64,000 bases of DNA from Octopus vulgaris (taxonomy: Eukaryota), in assembly GCA_951406725.2 (NCBI GenBank), contig OX597837.1, forward strand, positions 33,790,001-33,854,000. Direction: 5' to 3'. The notes below the pieces were generated by a model. That model was not told where the DNA came from and made no database searches. It worked only from the letters and a program-made list of their open reading frames with translations. Every line of letters starts with the position of its first letter. Within the stretch, counting starts at the first letter, position 1. A program made the translations under genes and the position numbers. This document shows positions 50,551 to 61,179 of this stretch, one piece after another.

Positions 50551-51150
50551 GAGAGGCGGTTGGATGGAACCTACAATCGCCTCCTTATGAGAGCTCAAAA
50601 TCTCTCGTGGAGGCGTCATCCAACCAAAATGCAAATATATGGGAAACTACCACCTGTGTCATCTCTTGTGAAAGGTAGAAGAGTCCAGTTTGCTGGACAT
50701 TGTTGTAGAGCTGAAAAAGAGGTAATTTCTACTCTCCTCCTCTGGAAGCCATCTACTCGCAATACCAGAGGGCGCACACTCTTCGAGAGGCGGTTGGATG
50801 GAACCTACACTCGCCTCCTTATGAGAGCTCAAAACCTCTCGTGGAAGCGCCATCCAACCAAAATGCAAATATATGGGAAACTACCACCTGTGTCATCTCT
50901 TGTGAAAGGTAGAAGAGTCCAGTTTGCTGGACATTGTTTTAGAGCTGAAAAAGAGGTAATTTCTACTCTCCTCCTCTGGAAGCCATCTACTCGCAATGCC
51001 AGAGGGCGCACACTCTCCTACCCTGATGTAATCTCCAGGGATACAGGCATCCAGCAACAGGACCTCTGTAATGCCATGATGGACCGTGAAGTCTGGCGTA
51101 GCATGGTAAATTCCATTGTCTCGACCACGGTCGAACAATGATGGTGATGA
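50551..51150 (+). mobile_element. RTE/RTE-X-like LINE 3' fragment with a 234-bp in-frame tandem duplication
   Basis: RRVQFAGHC.R...LLLWKP...RGR repeated twice, then ...AMMDREVWR...* and a (TGA)n tail. Confidence 0.8.
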
Positions 51151-51535
51151 TTATTGTGTATGCATATACAAAGTAAAAAATAATTCAATACTCATTGTCA
51201 TCATTTAACATCCATTTCCCATGCTGGCATGGGTTGGACAGTTTGATAGAAGCTGGCCAGCAGAAGAGCTGCCTGGTCTCCCTGTCTACTTTGGAATGGT
51301 TTCTACAGCTCGATGCTCTTTAGAAAGATCCATATATTTCAGCAATTGTCAGTCTCATTTCTCAGTTCTTCAGACTCAAGAAATGATCTTGGCAATCTGT
51401 AGAATATGCTAACCTTCCCAATATCAAAATTAAATCTTACAAAGCCAGTAGTTTCTACGGAGAGGGTAAGTCGATTACATTGACCCCCAGCACTTAACTG
51501 GTACTTATTTTATCAGTACAGGTACTTATTTTATA

Positions 51536-51765
51536 AGGCGGCGAGCTGGCAGAAACGTTAGCACGCCGGGCGAAATGCTTAGCGGTATTTCGTCTGTGTT
51601 ACGTTGTGAGTTCAAATTCCGCTGAGGTCGACTTGCCTTTCATCCTTTCGGGGTCGATAAATTAAGTACCAGTTACGCACTGGGGTCGATGTAATCGACT
51701 TAATACCTATGTCTGTCCTTGTTTGTCCCCTCTGTGTTTAGCCCCTTGTGGGTAATAAAGAAATA
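51536..51765 (+). mobile_element. SINE family B
   Basis: Full-length; TSD AGGTACTTATTTT. Confidence 0.85.
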
Positions 51766-51921
51766 GGTACTTATTTTATCAACCCTGAAAGTTTGAAAGG
51801 CAAAGCCTACCTATGCAGAATTTGGACTGGGAACGTAAAGATGGACAACATACTGCTAAACATTTTTCCCAATATGCTAAAGATTCTGCCAGCTCACCAT
51901 TTTATACTTTATATCCAATAT

Positions 51922-52575
51922 TGAGAGAAAAGTTGGGCTTAAGAGGCATCAGATGTGGTGTGCAAGAGAAAAGGTTGCACTGATATGATTGTGTGATGTG
52001 TATGGATGAGAACAGCTGTGTAAAGAAGAGCTGATCTCTAACTGTGAAGGGAACCTGTGGTAGAGGTAGACCCAGGATGACATGGGACGAAGCGGTGAAG
52101 CATGATCTTCGAGCCTCAGAGAAGCAATGAATGGTGACCGAGAGACATTTGGCAATGTGCTGTGTTTGAGAAGACCCACCAAGCCAAGTGGAATCACGGT
52201 CATGACCGATGCTGGTGCCACATAACGGGCACCCATGCCAGTGGCATGTAAAAAGTACCTTTCGAATGTTGGTGCCTCACAAAGGCAATGACCAAGACCT
52301 TTGGCATTATGTCATGTTTGACAAGATGCCCCATCAAGCCAAGAAAAATTGCAGTTGTGGCATACTGGTGTCATACAAATGGCACCTGTGCTGGTGGCAC
52401 ATAAAAGCACCCATTGCACTCTTGTTGTGGTTGGCATTAGGAAGGGCATCCAGCTGTAGAAACCATCCCAAATTAGATTGGAGTCTGGCGCAGCCTTCCA
52501 ACATGTCAGCCCTGGTCAAACCATCCAACCCATGCCAGCATGGACAACGGACATTAAATGATAATGGTGATGATT
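51922..52575 (+). mobile_element. Decayed RTE LINE: ORF C-terminus joined to the family E 3'UTR
   Basis: REKLGLRGI...GRGRPRMTWDEAVKHDL, followed by GTTGGCATTAGGAAGGGCATCCAGCTGTAG...CATTAAATGAT(GAT)n. Confidence 0.75.
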
Positions 52576-52627
52576 GACTTCTCACAAACCAAATTCTTTC
52601 ACTTACAAACACATCATCATCATTTAA

Positions 52628-52936
52628 CCCCTTACCCAACAATTATTTTGAAAATAAATGTATTTTTTCAGACATATTTTTTAATTGTTTTATTTTACTA
52701 TGTTTTGAATGGTGATTTCGAGGTATATTTCAAACCTTATTTATTATGAATTTTAATTCAATAATATTGATTTTAAATTACGGCATTGGGCAGAAACGAG
52801 TTAACCCATTTTTAGACGAAGGAACTCGTTTGCTGTCGATTTTGGTGAGTCTTATCTTTTGACGAGTTAACTCGCCAGAGATAGAAAAAAACGATTTCGG
52901 TCAAAACGCATATATTCGTTTCTGCCGGGTAAGGGG
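52628..52936. mobile_element. piggyBac-type MITE (third family)
   Basis: TTAA|CCCCTTACCC...GGGTAAGGGG|TTAA. Confidence 0.8.
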
Positions 52937-53783
52937 TTAATGTCCATTTTCCATGTTGGCATGAGTTTTAGATACACACACACACACAAGTGAGTGAACA
53001 AACAGCAAACCAAAGCATGTAGCACTCAATACATTTGATAGGAGTTACGTATATTGTTAATAACAGTTTGACTCTGCTCTGCATAACTCGAAGTTTCATG
53101 GATGCGAAGGATATGTTCATCTTATCAGATGTTATGAGCATCTCGATGTGGAGCCAACTCAAACTTATTATATATATTACTGAAGCACACATGTTGTACA
53201 TATACAGGTGTGTGTGTGTGTGTGAGTGTGAACAAAAGTTGAGATCCTTGGAGAGTGGAATCTGTCCATCAATGTGTTGTCAAGTAAAGATCTTTATTCC
53301 CAACCCATCATCATAGTAAAAAAAAAAAAAAAAGAAAAACTCAGGATGGTTTTAACCCCCAAAATACAAGTTCTGTTTTAATTAATGTTGAACAGATGTG
53401 TGTGTGTTTTTATATGTATAAATCCTTAAATATGTTTTAGCCCGAAGGCCGCGGCCATGCTGGGGCACCACCGCTGATATGTATATAAAAGATAGTGAAA
53501 AAAAAAAGATTATCGTCCCGTATTTCAGCAATCTCCAAATGGGACAAGTGCCTTAATGTACACACACACAAAGGAGAGTGGAATTTAATTCAATTAGACA
53601 AAATGTCTGAAAGTGGACCCTCCAGCACAAATCCTCGATCACTAAACATAACAAAAGCACAAAAGCTGACACCCACATAAAGTGGGTTTCGCTTCCTTAC
53701 AGCCAGGAAGCGAGACCTCATCACTGCAGTGACACTGAGGTTAGTTTCTGAAACCTTAATGGAATTCTCAATTATATTAAGAA

Positions 53784-54171
53784 CTAGCAGTATCGCCCGG
53801 CGTTGCTCAGGTTTGTAAGGGAAATAACTATAAAGCATTTTTAGAGAGTTATAGCCAAAAAATAGCAAAAAAATGGAAGAAAAATGATGGTAACTTTTTT
53901 TTTGAGAGTAAAAAAAGGTTGAGTTGCGTCCCCTAGACAGTCTGTGGTTTGTTTTTTTTTTATTCTCGACCCCATGTCGAATTTATCAATTTTTTTCAGA
54001 ACTGGGGGAACTTTTCAAAATTTTCGCTGCGTTAGTTTTGAATTATGATATTGGGCTATGTGTGTGTCAAGTTTCATCAGAATCGGTTGAAAGCCGTGGT
54101 CAGAGTGAGGGTACAAGCAAACAGACACACAGAAACACGCACAGACAAACTGCCGTTTATATAGAGAGAGA
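53784..54171 (-). mobile_element. Non-autonomous Helitron, subfamily with a different 5' half
   Basis: Same hairpin-CTAG 3' end as 16440 and 37438; 5' end A|TCTCTCTCTATATAAACGGC. Confidence 0.75.
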
Positions 54172-54726
54172 TCATATTAAAAAATGGTTTAAATATTTTG
54201 TGTATTGTAAAAGGATTATCAATTTATTGCAGATAAATTTTGACAACGAAATCTTATATGGACCCTCAAATATCATATATGAACCCTGGTTGAGGAGCAC
54301 TGGTGTAGGGCAACGATCAAGGGGATTTTATTCAAACCAGTATGTTTATCCAAAGCACCGTGGCCATCTGATTCCAATCTGGTGGCACATATAACTTGAG
54401 ATTTGGCAGCTGTTTCTAGCAAATCGATCGACCATATGGCGTCAGAGGTTCCGTTAGATAAATAGGATGAGAAAGGTGCCATAGATAAACGATATCACTC
54501 TATATTATATGGTGAAACTCGAAGATACTAAAGTGGTCAGTGTGACAGAGGAGCCGCTAGAAATAGCAGTCAACTGTCCCTGAAATTAAACACAAAAAGT
54601 AACAACAATGAAGTTTTCTAGATGCTCAAAAAGGCAGCAGGGTCATTGTTGGAACGCTTTCCATCACAGTGAAGCCTTCTCAATGAAAACTGACCGAAGA
54701 ATAAACACTCACAACCACTCCATGCG

Positions 54727-54758
<32 letters not shown>

Positions 54759-54759
54759 T

Positions 54760-54989
54760 TGTTTCTTTACTACCCACAAGGGGCTAAACACAGGGGGGAC
54801 AAACAAGGACAGACAAACGGATTAAGTCGATTATATCAACCCCAGTGCGTAACTGGTACTTAATTTATCGACCCCGAGAGGATGAAAGGGAAAGTCGACC
54901 TCGGCGGAATTTGAACTCAGAACGTAACGGCGGCGGAAATACGGCTACGCATTTCGCCCGGCGTGCTAACGTTTCTGCCAGCTCGCCGC
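54760..54989 (-). mobile_element. SINE family B within (AAT/ATT)n
   Basis: Full-length young copy. Confidence 0.85.
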
Positions 54990-55759
54990 ATTATTATTAT
55001 TATTATTATTATTAATATTATTATTAATATTATTATTAATATTGTTATTAATATTGTTATTAATATTATTATTAATATTATTATAATAATAATAATAATA
55101 ATAATAATTCTTTCAACTTTGGGCACAAGGCCTAAAATTCTGGGTTCGGTTGTAAGTCGATTACATCGACTCCCCAGTATTCGACTGGTACTTATTTTAT
55201 CGACTATAAAAAGGCGAAAGGAATTTGGACACAGAACGTAAATAGCCGGACGATACGCCGTTAAGTATTTAATCCGACATGCTAAGTAACAATAATAATT
55301 TACTATAACAAACAACGATCCGACGAGAGGAGCTCCGTGCACTGTTGCTCGCTAAGCTAGAAATAGCAACCAAATTGCCCGCAAATCATCTCACCGTACC
55401 GTCTTGAAAAAGGAAGGATGGATCACATACCGTAGTCCCAGAGCAATGATATACAGGACTGGATGGTCATTTGTGGAGTTGGGTGGAAGAAAGGACTAAG
55501 ATGGTCAACACAGAAAAATAATTGTTCCTAGATCCGATCGGTAAGGACAGAACCGAAGCACAACAGTAACAACATTAATATTATTGTTATCGATGAATAG
55601 GTAAAAACGAGAGATCGAAGACTGCCTGTTCCTAGTGTTTCTCAACCATTCTTTACCTATAAACCCCTTTAATTCCTGTTCTACTCAAGTGGACCCTCAA
55701 AGCCATTCATTCGATGTTTAAAAAATCCTATCATATTTTCATAAATATTACAAGGAATT

Positions 55760-55932
55760 CAGTTCTATATTTAAGAGATGAGGAATTATGTACATTATTT
55801 TACATTTCACGGATATTTGTCCTCATCTTGTTTGTTGTTAACTCGACGTTTCGGCTGATACACCCTCCAGCCTTCTTTAGGTGTCTTGGGGAAGTTTCGA
55901 ACCTGGGTTCCCATTCTTAAGATATTTTTCGA

Positions 55933-55969
<37 letters not shown>

Positions 55970-56188
55970 CTCACTGCCTGAATTCGAACTCGGAATCTTG
56001 AATGAAGGAGGTTAAGGCACTGACCTGAATAATAATAACAACAACAACATCGAAAAATACCTTAGGAATGAGAACCCAGGTTTTGAAATTTCCCCCCAAG
56101 ACACCTGATGAAAGCTGGAGGGTGTATGAGCCGAAACGTTGTGTTAACAACAAACAAGATAAGGACAAATATCCGTCAAATGTAAATA
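55760..56188. mobile_element. Inverted pair of hammerhead-bearing retroelement units (family H5)
   Basis: Arms about 55793-55978 and 56016-56191; 13-bp direct repeat ATTACAAGGAATT at 55747 and 56189; ribozyme motifs at 55840-55885(-) and 56100-56145(+). Confidence 0.72.
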
Positions 56189-57317
56189 ATTACAAGGAAT
56201 TGTATGCAAAAATTGTTAAAATATGTTGTGTATTGTATAAATATAAGCAGCGTATCACACATAAATTTTAACAACAAAACCTTCTAAGGACCCCAGTTGA
56301 AAACCACTGCCCTATTTTGTAAAACATCCAAGAGTGACTTCGACAGAATAATATCAGTAATACTCTGGGGTCGTTTCAGTCGCCTACATCTCGTCCCATA
56401 CAAGGTCAGACAAATCAAAAGAAATTCATAACGTACGCGTATATTTCTCTTTTTGCAAAATTCTTGATGTGAACTTTAGTGTTGAGACATATTTTGTTTC
56501 TCGGGAGGGTCGACCTAATTGATTGATGAACCGAACTAGTAATTGAACAATCGATTAGTTGGTTGGTTCAGTAGTTAACCGACAGCTAACCACTACATAC
56601 ATGTGTTAGAATTGGTCCTCTACATCTGAGAAGCCCCCAACCAACTGCCAAAGTGCCGATACCTTAAGAAGGCACTGACCAACAGGGAATCCTTTGTACT
56701 AGCAGCGAGGGGAAACCCCCTTCACTCATATTCAATTTTGAAACGGGCCTCTCCTGACGTCCCTGAAAGGAAGCACCCCAGGTGAGAAAGAGAAAAAAGA
56801 CGAAAAACCGGTTTAAACCTAGGTACAAGTACCTTAAACCTAAACACAAGACAGTCACTTATGTTGTATATTTACGAATTCCTGACAATTTGATGTTTAT
56901 AATATTTTTCATGCGCTGAGAAAATTCAAACCTTTCTCAATTCACACCTCCGTTACAGGAAACAGAAACATTAGATGCTGCAGCCCTAATAAGGAACCCT
57001 TAAAAAAGGGTTAGATACTCGGGATGGTAATATTTGTAATATCTTTGATCAGAGCCTGCTCACTCTTTCCGCAAATGTGAGGCCTTGTGTCGATGTCAGA
57101 GATGAATAATTGCCAATATTATTACATAAACACGAAGACTCAACGTTTAGATAGAACGTGACAAAGGAAGACGATGATGCGCTGTTGTTCCTGATTCTTT
57201 TCTTCTTTGCAGCAGATGGCATATTAATAATAATAAATTATATCACCACAAAGTGAACATCATATAATTTACAATACAACAACAACACAAATAAGAATGA
57301 ATGGAACGAGAACTCAC

Positions 57318-57453
57318 CAAAGCTCGAGGGGCAACTAGCAGACTTGCCAAACGAAATTGGGGGTTGTTGCAACCGTCGCCTCGGTACAACATCTTGCCGT
57401 TTCTTGTTCTTTTTGAACAACCGAGATTCTAAGTTATTCATAAAGGCGAACAT
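57318..57453 (-). CDS. TBC1D30: TBC1D30 probable first coding exon
   Basis: ATG-initiated MFAFMNNLESRLFKKNKKRQDVVPRRRLQQPPISFGKSASCPSSF, ending G|gtgagt (phase 1, matching the next exon); lies next to a CpG-richer promoter-like region; no homology proof. Confidence 0.6.
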
Positions 57454-57673
57454 ATTTTGGCCGTGGAAACTGAAATGCTGTTCAGCTGGTATTGTCCAGA
57501 ATGGTTCTGGAATCGATATGGAAATTCAGTTATCGAATATGGTGTAGTTTCGGACAGAATTAGGTTCGTTCCACGGAAGAGATAAGCACACATTTCTTCG
57601 ATTTCCCAAATGAAATGATCCCAGGCATTAATAAGTGGTTTTCCATCTCTGTCTCCATTTGCGTGTATGAGTA

Positions 57674-57739
<66 letters not shown>

Positions 57740-59257
57740 GTATTAGTCAGAGAGATTTCGGGTTGATATCGAGATCAGAGAATAAATAAGTAATAAATAA
57801 ATAAACGATGTCAACCGATGTCAAAGAAAGGCCATTTGAACAAAGTGCTCATCCGTTTTGACATACGGTTTGATAAAACGACGACCCGCGACCATTTTTT
57901 GCTTTGAAAAACAGAAATAATTGTAGAGTGGGAAGGCCAAGTGCGCGGCGGGGGCGTTCGGCAAAACCTCTCTCACACCGTTTGGTATCGAACGCATAAC
58001 AACTAGGAAAGGGGCAGTCACAGCAGTTCGAACTACATCAGGAGGAGAAGTGTGATAGCAATATCGTAGTTGTTGTTATTGTTGTTGTCGTCCCGTTTTG
58101 GTAATAACGATGCTGGTGCTAATGGTGGTGTCGCTCTTTCTACTCCTTAAGAGTCCCATCGAAATACTATCGAAGCCATCAGGTTGTAATTGCTAGGCTG
58201 GTCGGTTTGATTGAAAGGGAAAATAGACAAAAGAAAGAGGAAGAATAAGAAGATAAACGAGACGAATGGCCAGGTTTCTTTCTTATTCGCTCATCTGGTT
58301 GTTTTCTCTTTCTTAACTTCCGTCGAGAGAGAGGAAAAGGAAGAAGAAATAAAGCACCATCGATCATTTATCGAATATAATAAAGTGAGCGAGGTTATTT
58401 GGAAATTGAATGAGAGGAGGAGGAAGAGCGAGAGGGGATGGTGTGAGTGGGAATGTATGAGAGAGCGAGTGAGTAAGAGAGAGAGAGAGAAAAAAAGTAT
58501 ATGAGGTAATGAGAGAGAAAGAGTAAGAGATTAAATGAGAACGCCAGTGTCGGAGTGTGGGCGATTTAAGCAGTGAATTGAATGAGTGGGCAGAGAGAGA
58601 GAGACTCATCCATTGAATGAGAGAGAGAGAGAGAGAGAGAGAGTGCAGGGAAAGTGTAAAAAAGATGACTGGAGGAAAATGGAGAGAGTAAGTGAGCGAG
58701 AGAAGCATTGAATAAAGTAATGAGTGAGTGAGGTAACGTCTGGAGTGGGTCTTCTTTGAGGGAAGTAAGTGAGTGGAGCATCAGATGGTTAGAGATTAGA
58801 ATAAGATAATGAGAAAGAGAAAGAGAGAGGGGAAAAAAAAAAAGATAAGTTGCCAATAGGAACCTGTCGCGTATTCAGGAGAAAACGAGTTATAATTTCC
58901 GAGACGGAAATGGGTCAACTGCAATAATAACACCTACATAGTGACTAAAGGAAACGGATTTTCTTTTTATGTTCAATGACAAAAAAACATGGAGTTATTT
59001 CGTTTCGTGAGTTCGACTTTTCGAAAAACACCGTCGACTCCGGAGAGGACACAGAATGACGTTATAGTAAAAAAATAATTGATGAATGAATGAATGAATG
59101 AATTAATGAATGGAAGGGTGGGGGGGGAACATAGGAATATGACGAGAGGAGAGATTTTATAGACAATCCAGTCACGTGATACGATGACACGGGGGTAACT
59201 ATGGAGTTAAGTTTACGGACATATCCTAAAAACCTTGTCGGCCTTAGGATTTTTGAA

Positions 59258-59722
59258 GGATCTTTTCCTTTTGAACGGCAGATGTCAACACAATTTCTAG
59301 TAAACTAAACACTTTTAAACTTCGTATACTGGTAGAATGTGTCAAAATAAAACATTTTTTTCTCTTGGCTTTATTGAGAAAATTCTATATGTTGTAACAT
59401 ATTTCCACTTTAAAATCGAGCTTTTCGGCAATTTTAACCAATCAAATACGTCCATTTGGAGTCAAAACATACCGTGCTGTATGAATATGTCCTCGTTTAA
59501 GAAACAGATTGGGTTTATTTACATTTGCGACGAAAAAAAGATACCCTTCCCCCACCCCTAACCCTAAAATAGATTGAAATATGTTACAACATATAGAATT
59601 TTCTCAATAAAGCCAAGAAAAAAATGATGTTTTATAAACACATTCTACCAGTATACGAATTTTAAAAGTGTTTTGTTAACTAGAAATTGTATTGACATCT
59701 GCCGTTCAAAAGGAAAAGATCC
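59258..59722. mobile_element. MITE with TIRs of about 150 bp and an 8-bp TSD (Merlin-like)
   Basis: TTTTTGAA|GGATCTTTTCCTTTTGAACGGCAG...CTGCCGTTCAAAAGGAAAAGATCC|TTTTTGAA; superfamily inferred from the GG ends and 8-bp TSD. Confidence 0.8.
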
Positions 59723-60889
59723 TTTTTGAATTATTAAACTATCAAAAATTGAAAATCATCATCATATTCAACATCATCCTTATTAAATGTCCATTTTCTA
59801 TGCTGGCAGGGGTTGGTCAGTTTAACAGGAGCTGGCAATGTCAGGAGCCATAGTCTGTTTTGGCCTAGTTTCGACAGCTGGATGTCCTTCCTAACACCAA
59901 CCACTTTGTACTGGGTGCTTTTTACATGGCAACAGAATAAATACCAGCCTTTAAAAAAATAATTAAGTACTGGGGTCAATATATTCGACTAAAATTTCAA
60001 GGCGGTGCCCCAGCATGGCCACAATTTTACTGAAACAAGATGGAAGATTAAACGGGGCATTTTTCTTCCTTGCTTGGATTTTTTTTGTTTTATTTGGTTT
60101 GCAAGATTTTTGATGTGGATTCATTTGCTGAAACTAATTTTGTTGCATTTTAAGAGAGTCAGTTGTGAATGGTGATGCAAAAACTTTGGCCGACTAACAA
60201 CCAATTGAAATTTTCGTCGAATATATTGACCCCAGATACTTAATTATTTTTTTAAAGGCTGGTATTTATTCTGTTGGTCCCTTTTGCAAACTGTTAAGTT
60301 ATGCAAACATAAAAATTTCAATGACCATGGGTGGGGTACCATCATAGGCTTTTTTCATGGCTGTGTGGTAAGTAGCTTGCTTACCAACCACATGGTTCCG
60401 GGTTCAGTCCCACTGCGTGGCACTTTGGGCAAGTGTCTTCTACTATAGCCTCAGGCCAACCATAGCCTTGTGAGTGGATATGATAGACAGAAACTGAAAG
60501 AAGCCCGTCGTGTATATGTATATATATACCAATTGATTGTTTAACCAGCACATCAAACAAACAATCGATTGGTCAGTTGGTTAGATATCTAACCAATTGA
60601 CTAACACTAAAGAAGTGGAATTGAACCTGTGTGTGTTATTATTATAATATAAGGCAGAGAGCTGGCAGAATCGTTAGCATGCTGGACGAAATGCTTAGCT
60701 GTGTATTGTCTGCCGTTATGTTCTGAGTTCAAATTCTGCTGAGGTCGCCTTAGCTTTTCATCTTTTTGGGCTCAATAAATTAAGTACCAGTTGTGTACAG
60801 GGGTTGATGTAATTGACACATACCCTTTACCTAAAATGGCTGCCCTTGTGGCAAAATTCGAAATCATTATTATTATTATTATTATTATT

Positions 60890-60942
60890 GTACTTGCTTC
60901 AGCAGTACATGTATTAAAATTCGAACGATACAGAGAAGATTA
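60890..60942 (+). pseudogene. 3'-truncated U6 snRNA retrocopy
   Basis: GTACTTGCTTCAGCAGTACATGTATTAAAATTCGAACGATACAGAGAAGATTA aligns to the U6 5' half, including the ACAGAGA box; embedded in (ATT)n. Confidence 0.85.
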
Positions 60943-61179
60943 TTATTACTACTACTAAGATGGAGAAGTGGCAGAATCATTTGCATGCTGGGCAAAATGC
61001 TTAGTGGCATAGCACTTGTCTTTACGTTCTGAGTTCAAATTCCACCGAGGTCGACTTTGCCTTTCATCCTTTCAGGATTGATACATTAAGTACCAGTGAA
61101 ACACTGGGGTCAATGTAATCAACTAGTCCCCTCCCCCCAAAATTTCAGGCCTTGTGCCTATAATTGAAAGGATTACTTT

